Positions 42,972 through 53,101 of a stretch of 64,000 bases of DNA are shown here, piece after piece (positions within the stretch are counted from its first letter, which is position 1; every line of letters begins with the position of its first letter). The notes under the pieces are model-generated. The model had not been told where the DNA came from. It did not search any database and saw only the letters and a list, made by a program, of their open reading frames with translations. This DNA comes from Gammaproteobacteria bacterium (GTDB taxonomy: Bacteria; Pseudomonadota; Gammaproteobacteria; Ga0077536): the NCBI GenBank assembly GCA_963662545.2, contig CAXXLL010000003.1:544001-608000 (forward strand). Reading direction: 5' to 3'. A program made the position numbers and the translations under genes.

Positions 42972-43874
42972 TCAGGCGGTCGACGGAAAAAGGCCCGCCC
43001 GCGTGATCATGGCCGGCAATGGCGTTTCGAGAGGCCCCTCGAGCCATTTAGCCGTTTCCATCACCTTTTCGACGCTTATACCCGTTTCAAATCCCATTCG
43101 ATGTAGGAGATAGAGTACGTCTTCGGTGGCGATGTTCCCGGTCGCACCGGGCGCAAAGGGGCAGCCGCCGACTCCGCCGCAGCTCGCGTCGAAGATCCGG
43201 ACCCCGGACTCGATCGCGGCATAAACATTGCAGATGCCCGTATTACGCGTGTTGTGGAAATGCATTCGAAGTGGAATGTTGCCGATAAGAGGTCGTGCGA
43301 GTTCAATCAAACGCCGTACGTCCGTCGGCACCGCTACCCCAATCGAATCGGCGTAGGCGATTTCGTCAACGCCCATGTCAACCAGGCGTCGCGTAATTTC
43401 GAGCACCCGCTCGGGTGCCACCTCACCTTCGAACGGACAGCCGAAACTGGCCGCAATCGTGACACCGAAAAATTTACGGGCATCCTGCGCGCGCTGCGCG
43501 ATGCCGGCAATAACATCGAGCATTTTGGCCGATGTCTTACCCTGATTCCGCTGAGAGAACGTATCGGTCGTAACCACTACGCAATTAATCTGATCGATGC
43601 CGGATGCAAGCGCTCGTTCGAAACCCCGCTCGTTCAATACGAGACCGATGTAATCGACGCCTTCATGCCGGGGCAGGCGCGCGACAACTTCATCGGCGTC
43701 GGCCATCTGCGGTACGCGTTTGGGATTGACGAAACTCGTGATTTCAAGCCGTTTGATGCCGGCGTCGATCAGGTGCTCTATGAGAGCGACCTTGGTATCC
43801 GTATCGAGGAGTTTGGGCTGGCTTTGCAGACCGTCGCGCGGCCCGACATCGACGATTTCAACTTGCTTGTCCAT
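42972..43874 (-). CDS. Hydroxymethylglutaryl-CoA lyase family (DRE-TIM) enzyme
   Basis: DVGPRDGLQ, SFGCPFEG, MHFHNT, GGCPFAPGATGNIATED; start MDKQV. Confidence 0.9.
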   Translation of the reverse strand: MDKQVEIVDVGPRDGLQSQPKLLDTDTKVALIEHLIDAGIKRLEITSFVNPKRVPQMADADEVVARLPRHEGVDYIGLVLNERGFERALASGIDQINCVVVTTDTFSQRNQGKTSAKMLDVIAGIAQRAQDARKFFGVTIAASFGCPFEGEVAPERVLEITRRLVDMGVDEIAYADSIGVAVPTDVRRLIELARPLIGNIPLRMHFHNTRNTGICNVYAAIESGVRIFDASCGGVGGCPFAPGATGNIATEDVLYLLHRMGFETGISVEKVMETAKWLEGPLETPLPAMITRAGLFPSTA

Positions 43875-44064
43875 AGGGCAATCGATTGATCCGGGTAATT
43901 CCTGGGACCGTAGATTGTAGCGAATCGCGCGGATGCTGGCGCGGTCCGCTGCGATTTTGGGACGCTGTGCGCATGCGCCGCGAACCCTTCCGAAGCGGCT
44001 TAATCCGGGGCCCGAGCACATATACTACGACACTACCCGATAATAAATTCTCCATTTACGAATC

Positions 44065-45417
44065 ATGAATAATTACGACTTCGACCTCTTCGTCTTGGGC
44101 GGCGGATCGGGCGGTGTGCGCGCCGGCCGTATGGCGGCGGGTTTTGGCGCTCGCGTTGCGGTGGCCGAGGAACGCTACTGGGGAGGTACCTGTGTCAACG
44201 TCGGTTGCATTCCCAAAAAACTGTTCGCCTACGCGGCGCATTTCGCCGAGGATTTCGACGATGCGGCGGGCTTTGGCTGGACGGTCGGCGATCGCTCGTT
44301 CATGTGGCAAACCTTGATCACGAACAAGAACCAGGAGATAGAGCGTCTGAATGGCATTTACGACAAGCTTCTGGTGAATGCCGGAGCGACCGTCATGCGC
44401 GGACATGCCAAACTGCTGGATCCCCACACGGTAGCGGTCGGACAGGAAACCTGGTCGGCCGAGCGTATCCTGATCGCGACCGGCGGATGGCCTTTCGTAC
44501 CGGAATTCCCGGGCAGCGAGTACGCAATAAGCTCCAACGAAGCTTTTTTTCTGGAGTCCCTGCCAGGCCGCGTGGTGATCGTCGGTGGCGGTTATATCGC
44601 GGTTGAATTCGCCGGGATTTTCAACGGACTCGGATGTGAAACGGTGCAGCTCTACCGAGGACCCCTGTTCCTGCGCGGCTTCGACGAGGACGTGCGGTCA
44701 TTCCTCGCTGGGGAAATGGCGAAAAAGGGCATTGATATCCGCTTTCGCGCGAATGTCGATGAAATCGAGAAGACCGGCGAAAGCTACCGCGTAACACTCG
44801 ACGACGGCACTACGATTGACTGTGATCGGGTCATGTACGCGACGGGACGGAAACCGGTCATCGAGAATATCGGTCTCGAAGACCTGGGCGTCGAAATTGA
44901 TCAGCGCGGCGCCATCGTCGTTGACCACAACTATAGAACGAATGTCGACTCCATCTACGCGATCGGCGATGTCACCGATCGCGTCAACCTGACGCCGGTT
45001 GCGCTAGCCGAAGGCATGGCCCTCGCCCGGCACCTGTACCGGGACGAGGGACGTCCGGTCGATTACGAATACATTCCAAGCGCGGTGTTCAGTCAACCAA
45101 ATCTCGGTTGCGTCGGTTACACGGAAACGGAGGCGCGCGAAAAGTTCGGCGATGTCACCATCTACCGGTCACCGTTCACACCGCTCAAACACACGCTCTC
45201 CGGGCGCGAGGAAAAAACTCTCATGAAGCTTATTGTCGAGAACGCGACGGATCGCGTCGTCGGGGCGCACATGGTAGGTCCGGACGCGGGTGAAACGATC
45301 CAGGGCATCGCCATCGCGCTGAAAGCGGGGGCGACCAAGGCCATTTTCGATCGCACTATCGGCATCCACCCGACTTCCGCCGAGGAGTGGGTGACGATGC
45401 GCGAACCCGCCGCTTAG
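44065..45417 (+). CDS. gor: Glutathione-disulfide reductase
   Basis: [39 protein letters not shown]. Confidence 0.95.
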   Translation: MNNYDFDLFVLGGGSGGVRAGRMAAGFGARVAVAEERYWGGTCVNVGCIPKKLFAYAAHFAEDFDDAAGFGWTVGDRSFMWQTLITNKNQEIERLNGIYDKLLVNAGATVMRGHAKLLDPHTVAVGQETWSAERILIATGGWPFVPEFPGSEYAISSNEAFFLESLPGRVVIVGGGYIAVEFAGIFNGLGCETVQLYRGPLFLRGFDEDVRSFLAGEMAKKGIDIRFRANVDEIEKTGESYRVTLDDGTTIDCDRVMYATGRKPVIENIGLEDLGVEIDQRGAIVVDHNYRTNVDSIYAIGDVTDRVNLTPVALAEGMALARHLYRDEGRPVDYEYIPSAVFSQPNLGCVGYTETEAREKFGDVTIYRSPFTPLKHTLSGREEKTLMKLIVENATDRVVGAHMVGPDAGETIQGIAIALKAGATKAIFDRTIGIHPTSAEEWVTMREPAA

Positions 45418-45628
45418 CCCGCATTTCTCACCGGGCGAAGGCGACAACCCTGAATCTTCGCGGTGATGAGATCGCTGCAACGGAAATGCTCGGCGAAATC
45501 GTGTTGGACCAATCAGCGCCGCAGACAGTCGGCGCGTTGAAAAAAGGTGACAATGCGCCCGATGTACTACTAGGCTGGAGAGTGGATCTGCCGCGGGGCG
45601 CTGACACACCCGGCCATTGAGAAAACAT

Positions 45629-46693
45629 ATGGACTACGGAATCGCTGGAATCCTCGGCGCTGACAGTTGGAAAACTGTACAGCGGGCGGAACGCCTGGGT
45701 TTCTCCTGTGCCTGGTTCTACGACAGTCCGCTGTATGCAGCGGATATCTTCGTGGCCATGGGTGCCGCGGCGATCAAGACGGATCATATCCGCCTGGGTC
45801 TGGGTGTCGCCGTACCATCAGTGCGCATTGCGCCCACGCTCGCCAACGGCCTGGTCTCGCTCTGCAAGCTAGCTCCGGGTCGGATTGAATGCGGCCTCGG
45901 AACCGGCCATACGGCGCGCAGCCTGTTCGGCCTCCCCGCGATCAAACTGGCGGAAATGCGAGAGTACTTGCGCGTGGTGCGGGGACTCCTTTCTGGCGAC
46001 ATCGTTGAATACGAATTCGAGGGGGCGCCGCGCAAGATCAAGTTCATGCATCCGTGGCCCGGTCTAGTCGACACCGTGGATCCCATCAGATGGCATCTAT
46101 CGGCGATGGGCCCGCGCTCCAGGCAGACCTGTGCGAACCTGGGTCTGGCCTGGATGAATTTCATGAACGGGATGCCACAGGCCCTGGCCGATCTCGAGGA
46201 CATGCTGGCAAAATGGAAGGCCGCGGGACATGAACCCGATAGCTGCTATACGACGGCCTTCACGCTCGGCTGCGTGCTGGCGGATGACGAGCCGCCCGAC
46301 AGCCCGCGCGCGAAAATCCAGGCCGGCCCACTCGTCGCGACGGTCCTCCAGCACCTGATCAAGGTGGATGAACACGTCGAGCTCGGCATGATCGGCTCGA
46401 CCGATCTGGATCGGGCAGTGGCCGAATACCAGAAGTTCTACGATGCTTACGAACCCGCCGACGCCCGTTACATGCAACTCTACCGCGGGGAGCTCCAATG
46501 GCTGCTCCCCGAGGAGGAACATCTGATCACGGGCGATTTGATCCGCGAAATCACCCTGACGGGATCGGTCGACGAATTGCGTGAGCGTATACGCCGGTTA
46601 CGGGACGCGGGTTATTCCCAGTTGACGATTCAACTCGTAAACGGACACGAAGACGCGCTCGATGACTGGGCGCGTGTCATCGAAGGCGTATGA
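45629..46693 (+). CDS. LLM class flavin/F420-dependent oxidoreductase
   Basis: AERLGF..AWFYDS, T..IRLGLGV, APGRIECGLGTG, SAMGPRS; luciferase-like pattern. Confidence 0.85.
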   Translation: MDYGIAGILGADSWKTVQRAERLGFSCAWFYDSPLYAADIFVAMGAAAIKTDHIRLGLGVAVPSVRIAPTLANGLVSLCKLAPGRIECGLGTGHTARSLFGLPAIKLAEMREYLRVVRGLLSGDIVEYEFEGAPRKIKFMHPWPGLVDTVDPIRWHLSAMGPRSRQTCANLGLAWMNFMNGMPQALADLEDMLAKWKAAGHEPDSCYTTAFTLGCVLADDEPPDSPRAKIQAGPLVATVLQHLIKVDEHVELGMIGSTDLDRAVAEYQKFYDAYEPADARYMQLYRGELQWLLPEEEHLITGDLIREITLTGSVDELRERIRRLRDAGYSQLTIQLVNGHEDALDDWARVIEGV

Positions 46694-46796
46694 CCGTGCC
46701 GTCGGGCGCAGTTCGAGGGTTTTAAATTCCGCATGCAAGCGTGATAATCTTCCATATCGAAAGTGAACGCCGGCCCCCCATTTTCTGACATCGCGT

Positions 46797-47351
46797 ATGA
46801 AACGATTCACGCCTCGCTACTGGTTGCCGCGCGCCCTGTGGCTTTCGATCGCCTGCACACTCGCACTCCTTGCTGTAAACGCCGCCGCCCGAGACCTCGA
46901 GATCGGTGACCTCGCCCCTGCGTTCGCGCTACAGGGATCGGACGGTAAAGTCCATGAACTGTCGGATTACCGCGGACAGGACGTAGTTCTCGCCTGGTTT
47001 CCGAAGGCTTTCACCGGTGGCTGAACGGCCGAGTGCAAATCGCTCCGTGAGAGCAGTTCCTTACTGAAAACCTACGATATCGCGTACTTCATGGCGAGCA
47101 TCGACGACGCGGAAACCAACCGTAAGTTCGCCGAGGCCAACGGCGCCGATTTCCCGATTCTGAGCGACCCCGAGAAAAGCACGGCGGCAGCTTACGGTGT
47201 ATTGTCATCAAAAGGATACGCATCGCGCTGGACTTACTACATCGATCGCGACGGTAAAATCGCCTTCGTGGACAAGCGCGTAAAACCGCTTACCGCGGGC
47301 GCGGATATTGCAACGCGGCTCGATAAGCTGGATGTTCCCCACAGCCATTAA
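46797..47351 (+). CDS. Exported peroxiredoxin (BCP/PrxQ-AhpC/TSA family) with in-frame TGA at the peroxidatic site; probable selenoprotein, 184 aa
   Basis: Track ORFs 46797-47024 and 47091-47351 are in one frame with only TGA (47022-47024) between them: FPKAFTGG-U-TAECKSLRE...FPILSD...ASRWTYYID; signal peptide; hairpin right after the TGA. Confidence 0.85.
47025..47048 (+). promoter_or_regulatory. Candidate bacterial SECIS hairpin
   Basis: ACG-GCC-GAGTG-CAAAT-CGCTC-CGT immediately 3' of the in-frame TGA: ACG/CGT lower stem, bulge, GAGTG/CGCTC upper stem. Confidence 0.5.
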
Positions 47352-47429
47352 CAGGCTCATTGTGTGGCGATCGAGGAACGCGGCGATAATATTCGACCGG
47401 AGCAACCGGCCTGCTAACGAATTCGGAGG

Positions 47430-47861
47430 ATGAGCAAGATGTCGAAACCCGCGGAATCCATAACCCTAGTCAAAAATGGTATCCACAATCCCACCGACGC
47501 GCGGCATTTCATGCGCGTCGCGCGCCCGGCGTACACGATCACCGCCACTATCAAGGGCACCGAAATCGCGCGCTCCTCGCAGGCACTCAAGGTCAAGGAG
47601 GTCGGATTCGACATCTACGACCCGGTCATCTATTTCCCGCGTGAAGACGTTCAGATGGTACGGCTGAAAAAAAATGAAAAGACCACGCACTGTCCGCTGA
47701 AGGGCGACACCGAGTACTTCGACGCCGTCACCGACTCAGGTACCGTCGAAAATGCCGCGTGGTCTTATGACCGTACTATAGAGATCGCTGGCGAAATTCA
47801 GGACTACATCGGCTTTGATGCACGCTTCGCCCAGATAATCGAGCACACGGTAGATGCCTGA
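47430..47861 (+). CDS. DUF427 family protein
   Basis: PVIYFPREDV, THCPLKGDTEYF, ENAAWSY; GGAGG RBS. Confidence 0.85.
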   Translation: MSKMSKPAESITLVKNGIHNPTDARHFMRVARPAYTITATIKGTEIARSSQALKVKEVGFDIYDPVIYFPREDVQMVRLKKNEKTTHCPLKGDTEYFDAVTDSGTVENAAWSYDRTIEIAGEIQDYIGFDARFAQIIEHTVDA

Positions 47862-47929
47862 GAAAGAGATCAAAACGACAGGACGCTTCGTTATTAAACG
47901 CCATTACCGCACGAGGTAACGCTCGTCCG

Positions 47930-49294
47930 TCAATTGGTTCCGGTACTCTGCACCGCGATCATGCGCCGGGTTACGATCACGAACCGCCCGACGAGCAACA
48001 CGGCTGCGGTCCAAAGGGCGACGGTCAGTCCGATCCATATGCCGCGCGCACCAAAATCAAGGAAAATACCGAGCCCGTAGGCAAGTGTGAACCCCACGGC
48101 CCAGTAGTTGATTGCATTCAAGATCATCGGCACCCGCGTGTCCTTGAGGCCGCGCAGCGCGAAAGCGGCGGCGACCTGGATGGCATCACCGACCTGGAGC
48201 AAGGCCGCGATCTTGAACAGCATGATGGCCATTTCCGCGACGCCGGGATCGGTGACGTAAGCACGGGTTATCGATTCCGCGTAGAAGAACGTGGTCACGC
48301 CGAAGAACAAGGAAATCGAAGTGCAAAGCAAGATGCCGGTATAGCCGATGCGGACCGCCCCGGAGAGGTCGTGCCGACCGACCGCCTGACCCACGCAGAC
48401 GGTAATCGCCATGCCGAGCCCGAGCGGAATCATGAACACCAGGCCGGAGTAGTTGAGCGCAACCTGGTGCGCGGCGAGGGTGGCGGTCCCGAGCGACCCT
48501 ATCAACAGCGCGACGACCGAGAACAAACCGGACTGCATGAATAAGGACAGACCGATCGGCAGTCCGAGCACGACGAGCCGGCGCAGTGCCGCTGGATCCG
48601 GGCGTTCGAGATCGCGCCAAACATCGAATGGACGGTAGTGCGGCGAGCGGCGCGTATACAGCGCAAGCAGGATGAACATGAGCCAGAAACTGATGCCGTT
48701 CCCGAGACCACAGCCCACGGCGCCAAGGGGCTCCACACCGAATCGTCCATACATGAAGGTGTAGTTCAAGCCGATGTTGATCGGCAGGACCGCGATCATG
48801 ACGGCCATGATCGGCACGGTCCGTCCAACCCCTTCGCTCATCTGTTTGACCGTGTGGTAGCTAAAGGCGCCGATAACACCCCAGGACATGGCGTCGAGAT
48901 AGCCCTGGGACAACACGGACACGGCGGGATCGATACCCATCCACAACAGGCCCGGCTCGACCGAGCGCATCGCTGTAATGACAATGGACGAGACGACCAG
49001 CGTGAGCCAGAAACCCTGGCGCGTGTCGTGTCCGATCTCGGCATACTTACCGGCGCCGAAATGCTGCGCGACGGTCGGCCCGAGCGCCATGATGATCCCC
49101 AGCCCCAGCAGAAAGAAAGCGATCCAGACCCCCGAGCCGATGGCGACAGCGGCGAGTTGGGTTGAGCCGAGGCGCGCCGCCATCAAAGTATCGGCCACGT
49201 TGACGCCGATGCTCGAAACATTATTCACGATGAGCGGACCGCCCACGGTGAAGATCGCCCCCAGATCCGATTTCAGGTGGGCTAGTCGGGGCAT
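47930..49294 (-). CDS. MATE family efflux transporter (NorM-like)
   Basis: About 12 TM segments, DTLMAARLG..QLAAV, LAAHQVALN, ALRGLKDTRVPM. Confidence 0.9.
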   Translation of the reverse strand: MPRLAHLKSDLGAIFTVGGPLIVNNVSSIGVNVADTLMAARLGSTQLAAVAIGSGVWIAFFLLGLGIIMALGPTVAQHFGAGKYAEIGHDTRQGFWLTLVVSSIVITAMRSVEPGLLWMGIDPAVSVLSQGYLDAMSWGVIGAFSYHTVKQMSEGVGRTVPIMAVMIAVLPINIGLNYTFMYGRFGVEPLGAVGCGLGNGISFWLMFILLALYTRRSPHYRPFDVWRDLERPDPAALRRLVVLGLPIGLSLFMQSGLFSVVALLIGSLGTATLAAHQVALNYSGLVFMIPLGLGMAITVCVGQAVGRHDLSGAVRIGYTGILLCTSISLFFGVTTFFYAESITRAYVTDPGVAEMAIMLFKIAALLQVGDAIQVAAAFALRGLKDTRVPMILNAINYWAVGFTLAYGLGIFLDFGARGIWIGLTVALWTAAVLLVGRFVIVTRRMIAVQSTGTN

Positions 49295-49398
49295 GGTGGT
49301 AATGTTTCCCTGCAATCAGGCTGTAGGCGCGGGCGCAGCGTGGTATATCGCCGGGGCAGCTTCAGTGCGGCGCGGCATGCCGGCAACTGTATCGCGGC

Positions 49399-51039
49399 TC
49401 AAGCTGGGTCGGTGCTTTTTATTGTCGGAACGGCCGCCAGCAATTTGCGCGTGTAATCGTGCTGCGGCCGGTGCAGAACCTGTTCGACGTCTCCGTATTC
49501 GACGATACGCCCCTGGTACATCACCGCGACCTTGTGAGCAAGGTAGGCGACGACGCCGATATTGTGGGTGACAAACAGATAAGTGAGTTCGAGGCGATCC
49601 TGCAATGCGCGTAGCAACTCGAGTATCTGGGCTTGCACTGAAACATCGAGTGCACTGGTCGGCTCGTCGCACACGATCAGTCGCGGTTCGACTGCAAGCG
49701 CGCGCGCAATACAGATCCGCTGTCGCTGACCGCCTGAGAATTCATGGGGATAGCGCCGCGCGTATCCGGTTTCGAGCCCGACCTGTTCCAGCAATTCCGC
49801 CACGCGCCGATCGCGTTCTTCATGATTGGCGCCGATGCCCTGTGCGATCATGCCTTCCTTGATGATGTCCCCCACCATCATCCGCGGATTCATCGACGAA
49901 TACGGATCCTGAAATACGATCTGAAGGTCCGATCGGAGGCGCCGCAGGGTCGCAGCGTCGATCTTGCCGAGATCCGTACCTTCGTACTCGACCGTCCCTT
50001 CGTATGAGTTCGTCAATTGCAGGATGCCCTTGCCCATCGTGGTCTTGCCGGATCCCGACTCACCGACGACGGCGAGCGTACGGCCCTTTTCGATTTCGAG
50101 ATCGATGCCGTCAACCGCCTTTACGTAGCCCACCGTGCGCCTGAAAATGCCCTTTTTGATCGGGTAGTAGACCTTCAGACCCTGCACCGAGAGAATCGTC
50201 TCGCGGGTATCGGACGTGGGCGAATAACCCTCGCGAACGCGCTTTTCCCAGCTCGGCAAGGCATCGAACAGCTGCTTCGAATAGGCATGCTGCGGATTGC
50301 TGTAGAACGCATCGCGCTCACCTCGTTCGACGATGACGCCGTTCCTCATCACCAGGACATTGTCGGCGACCTGATGCGCCACTGCCAGATCGTGGGTAAT
50401 GAATAAAATCCCCATGTCACGACGGCGCTGTTGCGATTTAATGAGGTCAAGGACCTGCGCCTGAATGGTCACGTCAAGCGCGGTGGTCGGCTCGTCGGCG
50501 ATCAGGAGTTTGGGATCGGCGGCCAGCGCGATCGCAACCATAACGCGCTGTTTCATACCCCCCGAGAACTGATGCGGATATTCCTTGAGACGGCGCTCGG
50601 GTTCATCGATACCAACGGCATCGAGCAATTCAATGACGCGCGATTTAAGCGCCGCTCCGCGCAGGCCCTTGTGTCGAGTTAGGGTTTCGCCAATCTGGGC
50701 GCCAATGGTCATCACGGGATTGAGCGAGGATTGCGGCTCCTGAAAGATCATGCCGATAGCGGCGCCGCGAATGTCGCGCATACGATATTCCGGCAGGCGG
50801 AAGAGATCTTCTCCCGCGAGGACAACCTTCCCGCTTTCGATTCGCGCAACAGGCGGCAGCAGGCGCGAGATGGCCATCGCCGTGATCGACTTGCCGCTGC
50901 CGGATTCGCCGACCATTACCAGCGTCTCTCCCGCAGCGATACTGAAACTCACGCCGTCAACGGCCTTGACGAGATTGTCCCCGCCGCCGAAATGGACGGC
51001 CAGATTTGAGACTTCAAGCAGAGGGTCAGGCTTCGCCAA
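49399..51039 (-). CDS. Peptide/nickel-type ABC transporter ATP-binding protein with two NBDs
   Basis: GESGSGKS and GESGSGKT Walker A motifs, YPHQFSGGMKQR, YPHEFSGGQRQR; TTG start at 51039 inferred (ATG 51078 is an alternative), overlapping the fadJ stop. Confidence 0.92.
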   Translation of the reverse strand: MAKPDPLLEVSNLAVHFGGGDNLVKAVDGVSFSIAAGETLVMVGESGSGKSITAMAISRLLPPVARIESGKVVLAGEDLFRLPEYRMRDIRGAAIGMIFQEPQSSLNPVMTIGAQIGETLTRHKGLRGAALKSRVIELLDAVGIDEPERRLKEYPHQFSGGMKQRVMVAIALAADPKLLIADEPTTALDVTIQAQVLDLIKSQQRRRDMGILFITHDLAVAHQVADNVLVMRNGVIVERGERDAFYSNPQHAYSKQLFDALPSWEKRVREGYSPTSDTRETILSVQGLKVYYPIKKGIFRRTVGYVKAVDGIDLEIEKGRTLAVVGESGSGKTTMGKGILQLTNSYEGTVEYEGTDLGKIDAATLRRLRSDLQIVFQDPYSSMNPRMMVGDIIKEGMIAQGIGANHEERDRRVAELLEQVGLETGYARRYPHEFSGGQRQRICIARALAVEPRLIVCDEPTSALDVSVQAQILELLRALQDRLELTYLFVTHNIGVVAYLAHKVAVMYQGRIVEYGDVEQVLHRPQHDYTRKLLAAVPTIKSTDPA

Positions 51040-53101
51040 GATCGGCCCAGCCGACGTCGGGTTTGAAGCGCTCGCCATGCGCGGTGGCGAGAGCCTCCAG
51101 CCGCTGCGTAATCTCGGTGACGCCACGGTCACTGGCATAGTTCAGAGGCCCGCCGCGAAACGGCGCAAAACCGGTACCGAAAACCATACCGACGTCGATC
51201 AGGTCGGCGTCGGCGACGATGCCTTCGCGCAGACTGGCGACGGCTTCGTTTAATAAACGCAGCATCATGCGATCGCGAATTTCGATGCGCGGAACGGGAT
51301 TCCCTTCGACCTGCGGGCGGATCACCTTGCCCTTTTTGTATTCATAGAAACCGACCTTGGTTTTTCGCCCGAGCCGCTTTTGCGCCACCTTGTCACGCAA
51401 GATCTGCGACGGCTCACCGCCAAAGGCGCGAGCGAGGATCTCGCCGACGTGCAGACAGATATCGAGCCCGACGGTATCGGCTAGCTCGATTGGACCCATC
51501 GGCATACCAAAGGTTTTCGCGACATCGTCGATCTCGACCGGAGCAACGCCTTCCTCCATCAGAAGCATCGCTTCATGCATGTACGGCGACAATACCCGGT
51601 TGATGAGAAAACCCGGCGAGCTCGAGGCCGGCAGCGGCAGGCGATCGATAGCGACGGTGAAAGCAGCCGCCTGCTGGCGCACGGCGAGATGCGTATCTTC
51701 GTCAGCGATGATCTCTACTAACTGCATTTGCGCGACGGGATTGAAAAAATGAATACCGACCAGGCGCCTGGGATCTGAAAGGGCCGAGGCAATATCCGAC
51801 AATTCGATGCTCGAGGTGTTCGTCGCGATCAAGGCATCGGGCTTTGCCTGGCGTTCCACTTCGGCGAACAGTTCGCGCTTGGCGTCGACGTCTTCGATGA
51901 TCGCCTCGATGATGACGTCGGCGCGCCGCAAACCGTCACCATTGAAATCCGGAATCAAGCGATCATGCGCCGCAAGACGCTCGAATTTATCCCTCACCCG
52001 GCGCGTAAAAAGCTTGTTGGCGCGCTTCATCGCCGGCGCGATGAACCTGGGTTCGCGATCCTGCAGGGTCACCTGCATCCCACGCAGTGCACACCACGCG
52101 GCGATGTCGCCGCCCATCACGCCGGCGCCGATCACGTGCACCCGCTGCCCATCGAATGGATGCTTCCGCCCGATGGATTTCAGCCGCTCCTGCAGCATGA
52201 ACAAGCGGACGAGATTGCGGCTGGTCGCGGAAGTAAACAGATGCGCAATTGAACGGGCCTCCGCGCGGTACATAGCGGCATCGTCCCCGCCGTGTTCCTG
52301 CCACAGCTTGATCAGCGCGAAAGGCGCAGGGTAGTGTTGCTCGGTCACGCGCTTGGTCACTTGCCGGCGCAACAATTTCACCACCAGCGGGCGCAGGACC
52401 CGGTGATTGGCCGCGCGCGCGGTAATGGTCGGTTTGCGCCGCGGCTGTCGGTTGAGGGCAAAATGCCGCGCCGCCGCGTCGAGATGCCGCGTCGGAACTG
52501 CGCGATCGATCAGCCCGGCCTTGAGCGCACGGCGCGCATCGAGCGCGCGCCCCGTCAACATCAAATCCATCGCCCGGCTCACGCCGCAATCGCGGATCGA
52601 CCGCACCGTCCCCCCAAATCCCGGGTGCAGGCCAAGCATGACTTCCGGGAAGCCGAGACGCGTCGAGGATTCGGCCGCGGCGACGATGTGGCGGCACGCG
52701 AGTGCGAGTTCCAGGCCGCCGCCGAGGCAGAAGCCATGTACTCGCGCCACCGTGGAAAATGGCAGATTTTCGATGCGTTCGAATAACTGGTGAACCTCTC
52801 CTATACGAACAGCTGTCGCATCGGCATCGGTCAGCTGGTTGAATTCGCGGACATCGGCGCCGGCGGCAAACCCGTTGGCCTTCGCCGAATAGATCACGAG
52901 CCCTCTCGGGTGTTCCTCCACAAGCGCTTCGACCACGGTGCCGAGTTCAGTCAATACCCCCGACGACAGGGTATTCGTACTCGCGTCTGCACAGTCCAAA
53001 CAGAGCCAGGCGAGGTCGTCGCCGTCACGAGCGAGGCGCCAGTGACGGACGCCGTCGATGGGGACCGGCACCATGGTCTGTTGGGGATCCAGAACGCTCA
53101 T
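51026..53101 (-). CDS. fadJ: Fatty acid oxidation complex alpha subunit (enoyl-CoA hydratase / 3-hydroxyacyl-CoA dehydrogenase), FadJ-like
   Basis: FAAGADV, CLGGGLELALAC, PEVMLGLHPGFGG; VIGAGVMGGDIA, ATNTSS, GIHFFNP, PGFLINR. Confidence 0.88.
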   Translation of the reverse strand: MSVLDPQQTMVPVPIDGVRHWRLARDGDDLAWLCLDCADASTNTLSSGVLTELGTVVEALVEEHPRGLVIYSAKANGFAAGADVREFNQLTDADATAVRIGEVHQLFERIENLPFSTVARVHGFCLGGGLELALACRHIVAAAESSTRLGFPEVMLGLHPGFGGTVRSIRDCGVSRAMDLMLTGRALDARRALKAGLIDRAVPTRHLDAAARHFALNRQPRRKPTITARAANHRVLRPLVVKLLRRQVTKRVTEQHYPAPFALIKLWQEHGGDDAAMYRAEARSIAHLFTSATSRNLVRLFMLQERLKSIGRKHPFDGQRVHVIGAGVMGGDIAAWCALRGMQVTLQDREPRFIAPAMKRANKLFTRRVRDKFERLAAHDRLIPDFNGDGLRRADVIIEAIIEDVDAKRELFAEVERQAKPDALIATNTSSIELSDIASALSDPRRLVGIHFFNPVAQMQLVEIIADEDTHLAVRQQAAAFTVAIDRLPLPASSSPGFLINRVLSPYMHEAMLLMEEGVAPVEIDDVAKTFGMPMGPIELADTVGLDICLHVGEILARAFGGEPSQILRDKVAQKRLGRKTKVGFYEYKKGKVIRPQVEGNPVPRIEIRDRMMLRLLNEAVASLREGIVADADLIDVGMVFGTGFAPFRGGPLNYASDRGVTEITQRLEALATAHGERFKPDVGWADLGEA

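Noticed and set aside
46797-47351. Two small separate ORFs or a peroxiredoxin pseudogene
   Set aside because: The only interruption is TGA at the catalytic Cys position, the frame continues intact and a hairpin follows; recoding explains this better
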